Of a stretch of DNA of 64,000 nt, positions 25,701 to 37,331 are shown in pieces. Position 1 is the stretch's first letter; each line of letters opens with the position of its first letter. The notes beneath the pieces are model-generated. The model was given only the letters and a program-made list of their open reading frames with translations, did not search any database and had not been told where the DNA came from. The position numbers were made by a program, and so were the translations under genes. The stretch is taken from contig CATNEN010000007.1 of the NCBI GenBank assembly GCA_950097015.1, positions 11,780,001-11,844,000 of the forward strand, read 5' to 3'. This stretch comes from Macrostomum hystrix. Its lineage: Eukaryota; Animalia; Platyhelminthes.

Positions 25701-27961
25701 CGTGGAGCCCTTCACCTACAGTATGCATGCTAGCATCAAAGCGCACCTTTATGATCAGAGTGACCCGCTTGTGCCGGAGACAGGCCTAGCGAATGTGCAG
25801 ACACAGGGAGACTACTTTGTATTCGCCGAGAAAACTCTGCTCCCAGGCCTGTACCCAGTGGAGGCGAACGGCAAGAACCTGAGCGAGCAGGAGCGCAAGT
25901 TCATCGCGGACTTTGCAGGATTCCGTCTGGGTCACGCGACCCTTCGGCAGCTGCGTGTGGCTCCGATCAGGCGAGACTCGCTCGGCCAGTCGGCCGCATA
26001 CAGCTTCGGCGCAGACAGGCGCGGCTGCTTCCACCCGGGCTGGCAGTTCGAGCGCCGCTGCAACATCTCCGATGGAATCGGCTCGCTCGATCTGGCATTC
26101 TCAGGTCTGACAGCCGAGCTCACCAGCAGCCTGCCGTACTGGGGCCAGCAGGGACTCTACTCGGGCGGTGGCTTCACCACTGTGCTACCCAATCATGGGG
26201 GTCAAGCACTGGCGCTGCTGCAGCAGCTGAAGGAGGCGAGCTGGCTCGACAACTACACTCGTGCTGTGTTTGTTGAGGCCGATCTGTTCTACCCCAATGT
26301 GAATTTGTTTACTTCTGTGATGTTCGTCACAGAGTTCTACCCATTCGGCGGTGCATACAGTGTGGCAAAGATATACACAACCAGGCTGTACAGGTGAGCA
26401 GCTTTGTCGTTGCGTTTTTATTTGGGGCATTCGATTCATCATCCTTTTTGGGCGAGTCAATGTGGTCCGAACGACTAGCACAGAAATATCGAGTTTTCAA
26501 TATACGAGTAATATCTTAACTACTCGCTGAATGCACTTTCCGCAGATATGTTGGTGTCACGGGGCTTCTCGCGCTCATATCGGAGATCCTGACGGCTCTG
26601 CTCACGATTTGTCTGGTCGTGAAGGCATATTATGATTTCACTCGTGAGCGCTGGGACTACTTCAAGAACCTGTGGAACTTGTTCAATGTTGCGGCCTTTG
26701 GCTGTCTCATCGGTGCGACAGCTTTCTACGTGCTCAGATCCTTGGCAACGGTCAGTGCTCTAGAGGCGATGCAAAACTCCAAAGGCCTTAGCACCAATCT
26801 TCGGTACGTAATGAGCCTCAACGAGACCTTCTACTACCTGCTTGCCGCGGCTACATTCCTTGTTCAGCTGTCCTTCCTGAACATGGTGCGCTTCAGCCGC
26901 AGCCTGCATCACCTGCTGGGGACGCTGAGTCGCTCAATGACTCGCCTGAGATCTTTCTTCTGGGTTTTCATAATCTCATTCATGTCGTTCACGCTGCTGC
27001 ACTACCTGATTCTGGGAGACCACGAGGACCAGTACAGCTCTGTGCTACAGGCCATGTCCACCCAGTTCTCCATCATGTTGGGCAAGTTCGATGTGGCCGT
27101 CATCGATCGCAACGGTCTGAAGAGTCGTCTGATTTTCCTGACCTACATCAGCTTCATCATGTTCATCGTGCTGAACATGTTCGTGGCCATCCTGAACGAC
27201 AGCTATGAGGAGGTCCGGGCGGAGGCTGAGGCTTCGCCACATGAGGAGAATTTCAAGATCATAGAATACATATTGAACAGCATGAGAAAAGTGGCTCGGG
27301 GCCGTCCGGATCCCACCTATATCGAGCACTACGACGAAGGCATGTCAATTAAGTGTTTGCAAAATTAGATTTTAGAATAGCTCTATTGGTGATAGATGCG
27401 ATGATCCAAGACTCTCTGGTTTTTATTGCGTTTTTGAACAGCAGCAAAATTATATTTGAGCTTTTCAGCATCGAGGTCGCAGATTCGAATTAATATTGAC
27501 CTAGGTATCAACTTTGCTGTAATGTTTTAGCAGAAAATTAACCTTCTTGTGTGACCCGTGGGTCCCATTGGGTTTTAATCTGGGCTTTAGATTAAGTATC
27601 AGAACTCGTATTGGGCCAGGCTTTGAAACAGTCGAGTAATTAAAAAAATACGAAAAGAACCCAGAAAGGGAGCTTTAGAGAGACATGGCTTGAGAAAAGA
27701 CACTGAGACATTGTGACAGGGGAGGGATGTCATGGGGCCCACGCACAAACTCGAGATTCACTGCGATAGAAGCGAGCAAAAGCCGGCACAGAGGCAGACA
27801 GCATTCAGAATTCATCGCAAACAACACAAATGATTTCAGAGTGGTCAGACGCGTTAGAGGACATCATACTCAAAGTGGATGAAATCGACCTTATCGCAAG
27901 TCGCCTGGTGACATTGAAACTCCAGCTGCAGAGGCAGCCACTGAGTTGTGAGAGGCAGTGA
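3563..27961 (+). CDS. Giant polycystin-1-like (PKD1L/REJ family) receptor-channel with multi-lectin ectodomain, >5,040 aa, 5'-incomplete
   Basis: Exons 3563-3773, 3964-4421, 4526-4738, 4816-5091, 5210-5332, 5461-6001, 6072-6187, 8727-9239, 10347-10579, 10773-11409, 11635-11849, 12037-12172, 12263-12455, 13506-13750, 13981-14256, 14344-14495, 14570-14743, 14894-15038, 15116-15676, 15997-16074, 16200-20355, 20441-20610, 20711-21147, 21429-21653, 21897-22022, 22096-22189, 22256-23631, 23719-23886, 23978-24138, 24419-25283, 25370-25474, 25565-26394, 26546-27339 and 27840-27961 join in phase (15,125 nt, starting in phase 1). Motifs: PKD repeats (FDFGD..HTYKNVGNYTV), REJ (NSPPLGGNC), GPS region, PLAT (GSGTESNI, IWHD), DDHLWMS..FSRLQRL, YSGGGF, WLDNYTRAVFVE, LNMFVAILNDSY. 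Confidence 0.9.
5461..6187 (+). CDS. Laminin-G/concanavalin-like domain exons
   Basis: GLWPL..ARD..HG...WHFFCVSGDSAAGQLVL pattern typical of LamG-like domains. Confidence 0.7.
6550..7030. repeat. ~24-25-bp minisatellite (CAGCAGCAGAGAACTAATGTCCCC)
   Basis: About 19 degenerate tandem copies. Confidence 0.93.
7170..7600. repeat. 21-bp minisatellite (GTTGGACACATTTAGAAAAAC)
   Basis: About 20 tandem copies, homogeneous centre and diverged edges. Confidence 0.95.
9580..9730. repeat. Dispersed repeat, related copy at ~12598-12710 (probable TE fragment)
   Basis: GCATCTTCT.AA.CAAAAA.CAAGT..C..TCAAGATATTCAA..GAAGGTC shared between two introns. Confidence 0.6.
10347..15038 (+). CDS. Discoidin (FA58C) x3-4, second C-type lectin and PAN/Apple-like exons
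   Basis: WKA..EWLQI..SNDG..W; VTAG..YVSRYSVFY..FLGN..RLAFLG; KFYGC and EVFGC ends; CPVNFYYYNGRCF..WTHWRFGEP..FLCE; AIKHC..SCSTI. Confidence 0.8.
15116..15676 (+). CDS. Fibrinogen C-terminal (FBG/FReD) domain exon
   Basis: YTKGF..FWVGTEAL..LRIDM..FSTFD..CA..GWWY..C..SKLTG. Confidence 0.9.
16200..20355 (+). CDS. 4.16-kb exon: three Cys-containing beta-sandwich repeats, PKD repeats and start of REJ
   Basis: ORF 16199..20359; PKD motifs YGNG/VGDG/FGD/FGDG..H.Y...G.Y; many N-glycosylation sequons. Confidence 0.92.
22256..27961 (+). CDS. GAIN/GPS, TM1, PLAT and polycystin cation-channel exons with C-terminal coiled coil
   Basis: ORFs 22102..23718, 24399..25388, 25663..26397 and 26619..27368 carry polycystin signature motifs; last intron is GC-AG. 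Confidence 0.92.
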
Positions 27962-29150
27962 GCATCCAGTCCTTCGACACTGCTCAATCGTGTGACTACT
28001 GACTACTGCAAAATGACAAAGAGATTTAGACAAAAAATATTACTCGACATTTTTTTGTTCTTTTGTGTACATTAGTTGTCTGCGGGAAGGAAGAATGCGA
28101 AGTAGCGAATCAACCCAAAGATAAGAAGCGATAGATTTGGAGAAACAGGACCAGTACAGCTGGTTACTGGGCAGTTAGTGCGCATTCAAAATAATAGTAC
28201 ATCTTTCCTTCCAGTTTCTCGTGCGAAAAATAACGCGCAAATTCTTCAGAAAGAGGCAGTTAAGCTAGCGAAAACTAGAAAAGACGAACTACGAAAGCGT
28301 AAGCAACTCGCGACTGTAGTCGGACTGTGACTTCTATTCATAAACTACTGGTCACTGGCTTACAGGCTATGAATGATTCGAATTCAGCTGAGATTAATTA
28401 TGAATTCAAGTTTTCATTTTCTCTAAATTATGTTTATAAGCCTTAATTTTAGTTTAATCGTTTGAATTATTTAGATGTGCTTTGCAATTCCTAATGGTTT
28501 TGATGGTAATGATTTTTCTCTGTATTTTGTGAACCAAGAAATTTAGTTTTTAAGATATGCGAAAGTTTCTATGTCGCGGCTATTCTTAATTCTATTATTT
28601 GCCGGACGTCTTGCGAAACGGAAGTCCTTATACTTTTAATGTTGTGCAGGCCGACAGCTGAAATTGCCGGCATTTTTTCATGGAACGTGTATCTCGCCCG
28701 TGCATGCGAGCTGCTCGGAATACTGGCCAGTTTAGCGTGTTGGTCGTGTTGGCGTTTTTATATTTGCACAAAAATAATTTTTTATAACATTTCCCTGTTC
28801 AAACCTAAATGATGCAGCCCATGCTGACTTGCGAGAGCCTGGGTTACTCAAACTGCTCTGTGCGGGCATCAGCACCGTATGTATTCGCACTCTTGCTCCA
28901 GCTGTTGAACAGCTCTCAGGTGGGAGCTTTTCCTCCTTCGCGAGTTCTCTAAACAATTCAGATAAAGGGTATGAAATATATACTCCTGCAAGCACCTTTG
29001 GCTGGGTACTTTTTGCTTCAGACCCAAATACATGATCTCTTTCGCCAAACATGCGGCATGGACCGAATACAGTTGACTAACGTAATGTAGGTTCGCGCTT
29101 CAGCGGGCACTTCGTTAATCACCAGTCAACTTTTCCATCAATAGAAGGAA

Positions 29151-29565
29151 GGGCAGAAGGGAGATACAAGAATCCAGGTTGGGTGAATCTGGGGCAAAGC
29201 CTCGGGTTAGGGCAGAAGGGAGATACAAGAATCCAGGTTGGGTGTATCTGGGGCAAAGCCTCGGGTTAGGGCAGAAGGGAGATACAAGAATCCAGGTTGG
29301 GTGTATCTGGGGCAAAGCCTCGGGTTAGGGCAGAAGGGAGATACAAGAATCCAGGTTGGGTGTATCTGGGGCAAAGCCTCGGGTTAGGGCAGAAGGGAGA
29401 TACAAGAATCCAGGTTGGGTGTATCTGGGGCAAAGCCTCGGGTTAGGGCAGAAGGGAGATACAAGAATCCAGGTTGGGTGTATCTGGGGCAAAGCCTCGG
29501 GTTAGGGCAGAAGGGAGATACAAGAATCCAGGTTGGGTGTATCTGGGGCAAAGCCTCGGGTTAGG
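29151..29565. repeat. 59-bp G-rich minisatellite, 7 copies
   Basis: Unit GGGCAGAAGGGAGATACAAGAATCCAGGTTGGGTGTATCTGGGGCAAAGCCTCGGGTTA. Confidence 0.96.
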
Positions 29566-30588
29566 CCACAGGAGTGGCCATTAAGGAGAATTTTGTCTGA
29601 AGTGTGATTGCTCTGGGAACAGTTTAAGCAGATTTAGTCAAACCAGACGGATAGAAGGTGGCAGAAACGTAAGCCCAGTCACTTCCAGATCAGAAGTTTA
29701 GTCCAAAGCATCACAAAAGAGGAATTAAATAATTTTTCGTGATGTTTAAACATCGTTTGGTCGAATTTGATCGAATTAATTAAGAGCTGAATGGTGCCAG
29801 ACGCGAGGCGAACAGCATGCAACACAAAATATTGTACTGCTTGCAAAAGGCGCATGTTTGCCAGAATTCTACGAAATGTGTTATTTGTAAATAGCAATAT
29901 GTTATATCATATTTAATGATCGCAAATTAAATTGCAGATTGTTTTTGGTCTGTCGGCTTCGGGAGATCGATATCGAGCCGACTCAATAAGTCGTGTTTTT
30001 CCACCTTCCCTCCGGACTAGCTATGCTTTGCCAGCCTTATCCCTTGCTCGATTCCATAGTCCCATAATCTGAAATTTCTCAACTAGTTGCTCAACCGCCA
30101 ACTGCCCGTTTCAATTACCGAAACAGAATAGATTCAGTCAATCAAATACCAGAGAGTTCCATGAGTGCACTCACCTGTGATACACAGAACTCATTCTGAT
30201 GGGCATTGACACTCCGAGAGGTATTCAAGTGGGAGGAAAAGCGCGAGTTGATAAGTTTATTTTTCAGAGGGTAAATAATTTCAGAGCTGGCTGAATCCCT
30301 GGAGTTCTGAAGGAATTGCATCTTAAGATGGACGCTCGTTTTATTCTTATCTGCTCATCGAGCGGAAACAATTTTGTAGCATCATTTTGAATGTTTTTTC
30401 TTATCCTCCTTTACCTTTTTCATTCAACGTGGTTTGAAGTTAACCCCAACTGCACCAGCTACTCTTCACTCGTAGCTCCCAGTCTATGCAATGCCATCCA
30501 TCAAGAATACGATTTTAAAGCAACAAGAGATGGCAATGCTGCGACCCGCAGTCTAAACTGCTTGCCTAGCTGACATCTCCAAATCTTC

Positions 30589-30912
30589 AACTGCACCCCA
30601 AGCAGCGCTACTGAGTGCATGACAGACTCTTGTGTGTTGGCTAACTGCACCCCAAGCAGCGCTACTGAGTGCATGACAGACTCTTGTGTGTTGGCTAACT
30701 GCACCCCAAGCAGCGCTACTGAGTGCATGACAGACTCTTGTGTGTTGGCTAACTGCACCCCAAGCAGCGCTACTGAGTGCATGACAGACTCTTGTGTGTT
30801 GGCTAACTGCACCCCAAGCAGCGCTACTGAGTGCATGACAGACTCTTGTGTGTTGGCTAACTGCACCCCAAGCAGCGCTACTGAGTGCATGACAGACTCT
30901 TGTGTGTTGGCT
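30589..30912. repeat. 54-bp minisatellite, 6 copies
   Basis: Unit AACTGCACCCCAAGCAGCGCTACTGAGTGCATGACAGACTCTTGTGTGTTGGCT. Confidence 0.96.
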
Positions 30913-31007
30913 AGTAAAAATGTCACTTCAGAGTAGGCTACTCAGCCACAGAGGATAAAGTAACGAATCGCATCCAACATTCCTTAAACCTCCATAAGCT
31001 TTCCACA

Positions 31008-31557
31008 TAACGTGTTCGTGGCCATCCTGAACGACATCTATGAGGAGGTCCGGGCGGAGGCTGAGGCTTCATGAAGGATGAGGATGAGATGAACTTCAAG
31101 ATCATACTCGTAGAATACATATTGAGTAGCCTGGGGAAGTTAATTAATGGCGTCGATAAGTCGTCAAATTTTTGCGAGCTGAATGACGGCAAGTTTCCCA
31201 AGTCTGTTGAATTTTTTCCGATTACTCGATGGCAGAGAGAGCCCAAAGCATGGCCAGAGTACATATTCTAGAATCATGAAGCATTACAGGCGGCAAAATG
31301 CTGCATGAATTCTCTAGCCTACATCTTTAGTGCCAATTACATGCTTTGCGATGGCTGAATTTTCAGGCTGGACAAGCGCTCTGGATGAAATCGTACTGAA
31401 GCTGAACAAAATTGATAGACTGACCAGCCAGCTGGATGCCGACCAGGGAGATTTTGAGGGCGGAGCAGATTTTGACAGCGAGGACGAGTCTGGTGCCAGA
31501 GTGTCTTCTCCGCCGCTGTCCGCGGTTTGGGCTGGCAGTGTGACTCAAACTACATGA
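31008..31557 (+). pseudogene. Truncated paralogous copy of the last two polycystin exons
   Basis: 31008-31070 nearly identical to 27174-27235 (VFVAILND.YEEVRAEAEAS), then a stop/frameshift; GC donor at 31189; exon 31367-31557 WTSALDEIVLKLNKID matches WSDALEDIILKVDEID. Confidence 0.85.
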
Positions 31558-34332
31558 ACTAGTCTAAACTTGTAACCAGTAAAGTATGACTTTCCCTGAT
31601 GGTTTGCTGTTTTGTAAATCTCTCTTTTAATATTCTGCTATTCGACTAAAATTTCCTAGATTTGATGCATGTTGTTTCCTAGAAAGTTTTTTACCGTGGG
31701 CCTGACACTTTCAGCGTACGCAGGGAAGCTGGTATGACGCCGCTGTGGTGCTGGCAATCAGCTGGTGACTCAGCACTGCTTTAAGGTTAAATGGTATGCA
31801 TTGAGGCGTCATTTGACATCAGTCGACCAGCACCCATGAGCGACGAGACAATTTTTCTGTTCATCCGCTGACCCCTAAGCCCACATTACATCAATGTGTA
31901 GCAGCCCTCAAGCTGTACACACACATTACGCAGCTCGAGGGCCTGACCCTCGACTTGGGGTTCGGCCCTCATTGAAGTAAACTGCACAACAAATTCCCAA
32001 GACTTCTTTGCGCCCTAAATGCAAAGGTCTCAGCTCGAGCTCAGTTAGATTTTTTTCAGCGGTAAACTCAGCCTCCAGAATTTTGGAATAAGCTTTAGTA
32101 AATTTTTCCTGACAAACTGGGCAAGTACGATCTTCAAGTACGAACAGCAGGCAAGTTATTTGCGGGTCTACTCACAGTAGTATATGATTATTTGACGCCT
32201 GTCAGAGAAACTGATATCGGGCATTGACCTCTCGGCCGATCACTTTTTTATTTTAAACTCTGCGATTTTCCGTTCTTGAACTATCAAGTTCTTTCACAGA
32301 TTTATTTAAGCTAAACAAAATGGCCTGGTCTATATAGGCATCCGAATTGCACCACAAAAGCACTGGTGTAAGTGCGCCTAAATGACTTGCATGTAAATTT
32401 GTATGCATTCACTGCTTCGATCAGACTCGATCAACTTCACTCTAAAGTGCTAGTAACAAGTCCAACAATCAAGACGCTGTTTAATTAAGCAATAAATGAA
32501 TAACTACTAAATAAGGGTCACTCAGAGAAACCTGCGCACTGCACATGTGCTTAAGCCTGTCATACTCGTACATGATATTTGTTTCATCAAAGAAATCAAA
32601 GCGCTCTGACTTTAAGTTCCCGATGCCAACAGGTCGGGGTCGAACAACTCGAAGCAGCTGCGATGCACCACCAGTGCAGCTATTTCCACCGTACATTTAC
32701 AACTTAAGCACCTCTTATTCACCTATCATGTACATTCAGCAACTTCAGTGCACCTGCTATGTCTCAAATGTGAGCCTCCCGTTCACCTTTTGCGCACCTC
32801 CAGTGCCCTTATGCACCATTATAGTGCCCCAACCGCCGCCACCATTCAGACTTGACAGTTCCCCTAATACCTGACCACTTCACCGATGGCACACCTTTCA
32901 TGCCTCTTTAAAAACATTAGTGACATTTCGGCCTAAAAAGTGCACTCTGGTTCATTTCCAAAACACGCACGAAATAGACCGCTAAAGTGCCTCTTTTTTG
33001 CACCTGTTCGCTCGCCTTTTATGCCAACGCAGGTGCATAACTTTTCCATGGGTAAACTTCTCGTTTTGCCTGCGATTGGAGCTCCACTTGTCACTTTAGC
33101 CCGCGGTTGCTTTTTCAGTTGAGAAATTTATTTTGACCGCTGAGGTTTATACAAATTTGTAAGTTCGCCGATCCCAGAACCCACGCATGAGTACATAAAG
33201 TACGCCAATAGCAGTTTGTTTGTGAAGCCGCCTCCAGTGGCTATAGGGATGGCCGCAGTTCGTCTAGTTTAAAGTTTCAAACTGTCAGCCCGCGCCCCTC
33301 ATCTGATTGACTAGCGGCAGGCTGGCAGACATCGCGTTTGGGCTTTCTGAGGCAGCTGAAAACAATGAGAACTCTCGCGTTGTCGATGGAAAGCCATGCA
33401 GACTGCGTGACTTCTTTCAGCCGGTGAGACTGTGGCCCCAAGGCCTAGCCACTGCCTCATTCTTTTGTTCAAGGGGAGCCGTGGCCCAATTGTTTCCCAG
33501 CTGCCTCTCCAGCCGACCTACTCAGGTGCCCTTCAGGAAGGGGAGCTGCAGCTAGCTTGTGCCGGAGCAAAAAGCAAGTCGGAGCTGGGCGGGATTTCGC
33601 GGGAGCATGGAATGAGGGTAGGACTTGCCTTGAGACTATTCCAGCGGTAAGCGGGAATAGCATCGCGAAGCAGCTCGGCTCTCTGCTGCGCCCACACACT
33701 GGGTCTGTCGCGGTTGTCCATGACAACAGTCGCATTAAAAAGGTGGGATCTACTTAGACCTTAGGCCGCAGTTCCTTGCTGGCGCTAATAGGAGCCGCAC
33801 CAATTGCCTTGGCTGAGTGTGCAAGAGGCGCGCTGAACTCAGGTAGGAAGAGAGAAAGAGAACAAGAGACAGACAGCAGACAAGCCAGGTGTGTTCATGC
33901 GTGCCGCGGAATACCGGTCGACCGCCCCGCCTCGCCTGCACAGAGCTCTGAGGGTGTGCGTGCTAGTCTAAGGCTGCGCAAGAGTTTATAAGAAAATAAC
34001 TCGCTGCTTCTGCTGCTCAGACCGCTATTGTAGCCCTGTTAAGCGTTAATAAAAATTCTGTCACTTTTTTTAACTGTACGCGGGGCTGCTAGAAGCACAG
34101 TCCGACGAACGGCACTTTAAGCCCCGTACATGCAGAGTAAGTACTCATAAATACGCTTTGACAATAAAGTCGAATAGTCTTTTCCAGACAGCTGGTCCGT
34201 TGACTTAGCATCGGACAGCACATAGTTGCGATAGCCAATGTAAATAGGGGCCCAGACTTCCAAAGCAAAAAGAATCACTGTAGTTTCAGATCGCCGGGAT
34301 CACCACCTGCAGCACTCCGTACCGCGCCGCGC

Positions 34333-35982
34333 ATGCAACCGACTGTGCGCTTCGCGGAGCCTCTGGAGCTCGAACAGTCGCAGCAGTCTCCGTCACTAAC
34401 CTTCCGGCTACCCAGGATCGGTCAGCTGCAGCCATCGACCGGCAGTAAAGATGCAGCCGCGGCATGCGCCATCTATGATAGGCACGGCTACTCGCCGCCT
34501 CGCTCGCCGTGAGTGTACTGCGAACCAATTCTGACTACTTGAAGTACGATTCTTGAATACATGTTTTTACATAGTAAGAGCTCGTAGTAAGCTTGGTTAT
34601 ATGAGCTCACGAAGTTCTCAGCGTTTCGGGGCTTGTGAACTAATAATAATAATAATAATAATAATTGCGGGAGGGCTGCGGGCAATGGCACATCGTTTAG
34701 TGACACTAGACCCGCAGCCAGCGAGGAGGCAATTCTGCCCATTTCACTGACTCCTGAGCACACACGCACACAGATACTTTTCGCAGGCACGCGCTCACAC
34801 AGGTGGGTACATCTGCCGACTTTCTCATCGTCAGGCAGTGTACACTTTACTGTGCCTTGGAGGTTGGCCCTCAAGGGCGTAAATTGCACGACAAGCCCCA
34901 AGCCTTCTCTCCGCGGCTGCGCTCGTAAATGTGGCCTCGCCGTGGAATCGAACTAATTAGGGACCGTGGTGCCAGAGGCAAAGGCGTTAACCGCTCTGCT
35001 ACCGACCCCCGTGAACCAACGTACCATTTCGTATCGATTAACGTACAATACTAAATTACATTAACTGAGGGCATTGGGCGAAACCGGAATGTCGCATTTT
35101 CATAGCAGTACATTCTGCCCGATTACAAAATCACCAGAGGAGACGCGGCGGCGAGCCAGTGGAAGTACCCGCTACCCAGCAAGTCTTTCAGGCTGTACAT
35201 AGGGCCGCCACATCGACAGGTGGAGCAGCCGACCACAAAGCTGCCTGCCAGCCGCACCTGCGGCGGTGACACTCAAAGGTGAGGCGCTCACATCAACCTT
35301 CATACCTTCTACTTTCTTGTACTTAACTCGCATGGGCGCTAGAATCTGAGGAGATCCGAAACTAGATTAGACGCTCACAAACTAACCCCAAAAAGCCTAA
35401 GCGGACTGCAGCTTCAGCGCAGCCGCACCGAGCCTACTATCGGTGGAGAGCATCATCAGCATCCGCAGACCCCCTACGTGCAGAGTCGAGCAGAGATCTT
35501 CCTTCGTCGCCGCGTTCCACCTCCACCGATGACAGCCAACTCGGTGAGGCCACAGCTGCGGCTACGTCGGGAGGCAACAGAAATGGCAAGTCGCAGTGAC
35601 GAAGAGACCGAGAGGCTGCGATGGACCATGAGCACGCAGAGGCATTGGCAGGTAGATCGCAAGGTGAGCTATTTGTAAAATGTGAAATTTTTTCCTTAGT
35701 TAAAATACACCGTTCAAGCAAAAGACATTTCGCAATGCTCGCATTTCAATAAACAGCTTCTTGCTCCTCCAACTGCAGGGCCAGCAACGGAACCAAGGTC
35801 CATTCTCCAGGGAATTCACAGTGCACGTGACAGCCCCTAGCAACTGGATGCGCATGAAGTGGGGCCGGAAGCAGCTGCACGAAGATCTGCGCACGGCGAC
35901 ACCCAGTGAGCAGCAGCGCAGCTACATGTACATAAAGCAGGCCTTCGGGCAGCAGCAGCCCCTGTCAGAGCATGAGTACTAG
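34333..35982 (+). CDS. Putative multi-exon gene of unknown function
   Basis: GC-rich exon-like blocks with consensus sites: 34290-34508 (GTGAGT), 35106-35278 (GTGAGG), ~35350-35663 (GTGAGC), 35779-35982 (stop); the first junction could not be put in phase. Confidence 0.4.
34640..35010 (-). mobile_element. tRNA-derived SINE with (TTA)n tail
   Basis: Head GGGGTCGGTAGCAGAGCGGTTAACG (A box)..GTTCGATTCC (B box); second copy at 39995-40328. Confidence 0.88.
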
Positions 35983-36515
35983 ACTGCATAACGACCGGGC
36001 TACAGTTTATGACCGAGGATCCTCGACATTCAGACGCGCGAGCTGCATAACTAATATTCGTATTTTATAACTAGAGCTTGGAAAATAAGCCTGAAATGAA
36101 CAGGCAAACAGTTTCCTGTACAGTCTCTCTATATGAATAAAGCAAGAACGAAAAGTAAAAAAACTAAAGTAAAAACCTGCTTTGGATTCTTATAAAAATG
36201 GCTTTGGATTTTCATGGTTCACTGCAGTCGAATTGTCACTTCGCCTTTAAGCCTTGTTGACGATTCTCCGCTGTGGTGCTTGTGGTAGTACCGACACAGA
36301 GCAGTTAAGAAATAGAGACAAAAACAAAGGCATGAAATATAATATATTGAATAGGACATTTTAGCGAATTTATTTCAAGATCTCACACGAAAAAGCTGAT
36401 GCAGTAATCGGCCACTGCAAGGAAACAGGCTCGCACAAGATGGCCGCTGCGACCGGCAGATGAACGATTCCGAGCTGATCTCGCCATGCGAGCAAGTCTT
36501 TTAAGTGAAGGCTAA

Positions 36516-36990
36516 CAGGTGCGCACTGACACTCAGATACTACACACAATCACAGGTGCTACCGACACTCACAGGTGCGCACTCACACTCAGATACTACA
36601 CACAATCACAGGTGCTACCGACACTCACAGGTGCGCACTCACACTCAGATACTACACACAATCACAGGTGCTACCGACACTCACAGGTGCGCACTCACAC
36701 TCAGATACTACACACAATCACAGGTGCTACCGACACTCACAGGTGCGCACTCACACTCAGATACTACACACAATCACAGGTGCTACCGACACTCACAGGT
36801 GCGCACTCACACTCAGATACTACACACAATCACAGGTGCTACCGACACTCACAGGTGAGCACTCACACTCAGATACTACACACAATCACAGGTGCTACCG
36901 ACACTCACAGGTGCGCACTGACACTCAGATACTACACACAATCACAGGTGCTACCGACACTCACAGGTGCGCACTTACACTGACATGTGC
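36516..36990. repeat. 56-bp minisatellite, ~8 copies
   Basis: Unit CAGGTGCGCACTCACACTCAGATACTACACACAATCACAGGTGCTACCGACACTCA. Confidence 0.96.
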
Positions 36991-37331
36991 TACTGACACT
37001 CACTTGATCGCGTTAAGCTCTTCCATTAAACTTAACTTGTAACAAGATAAGTTGTCTTCAATCATTGAGTCTTTAACTAACCCAAGACCAAGCGGAAGAA
37101 CCTCAAACAAAAAAGTGAAAAGTAAATATGTGCAGCAAAAAAATGTACCTATTAAAAAGGCTAGCCAAATGTCCAATATTGATAAAACATTTTAACTAAC
37201 TACGCATAGTTATTATTAGATGAGAAACACATAAAAAGAGACATGAGCCGTGATTTTAGGCAGATAAAGAAAACTTACTAAAAAGAGGCCGCACAATACC
37301 CTTAAGCATTTAAATGCATCAAACGCCATTA

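Noticed and set aside
28732-29052. 106-aa minus-strand ORF
   Set aside because: No recognisable motif or consistent exon partners
30501-30936. Cys-rich repeat ORFs on both strands
   Set aside because: Translation of the 54-bp minisatellite
34805-34845. Hammerhead-like CUGACGA..GAAA in the SINE (minus strand)
   Set aside because: No room for stems II and III; better explained as a simple hairpin
34940-35010. tRNA gene
   Set aside because: A and B boxes present, but it continues into a shared SINE body and tail with no acceptor stem; the same applies at ~40260-40328 and 58512
36505-37042. Three overlapping His/Thr-rich ORFs
   Set aside because: A 56-bp unit with no stops cycles through the frames; not a gene
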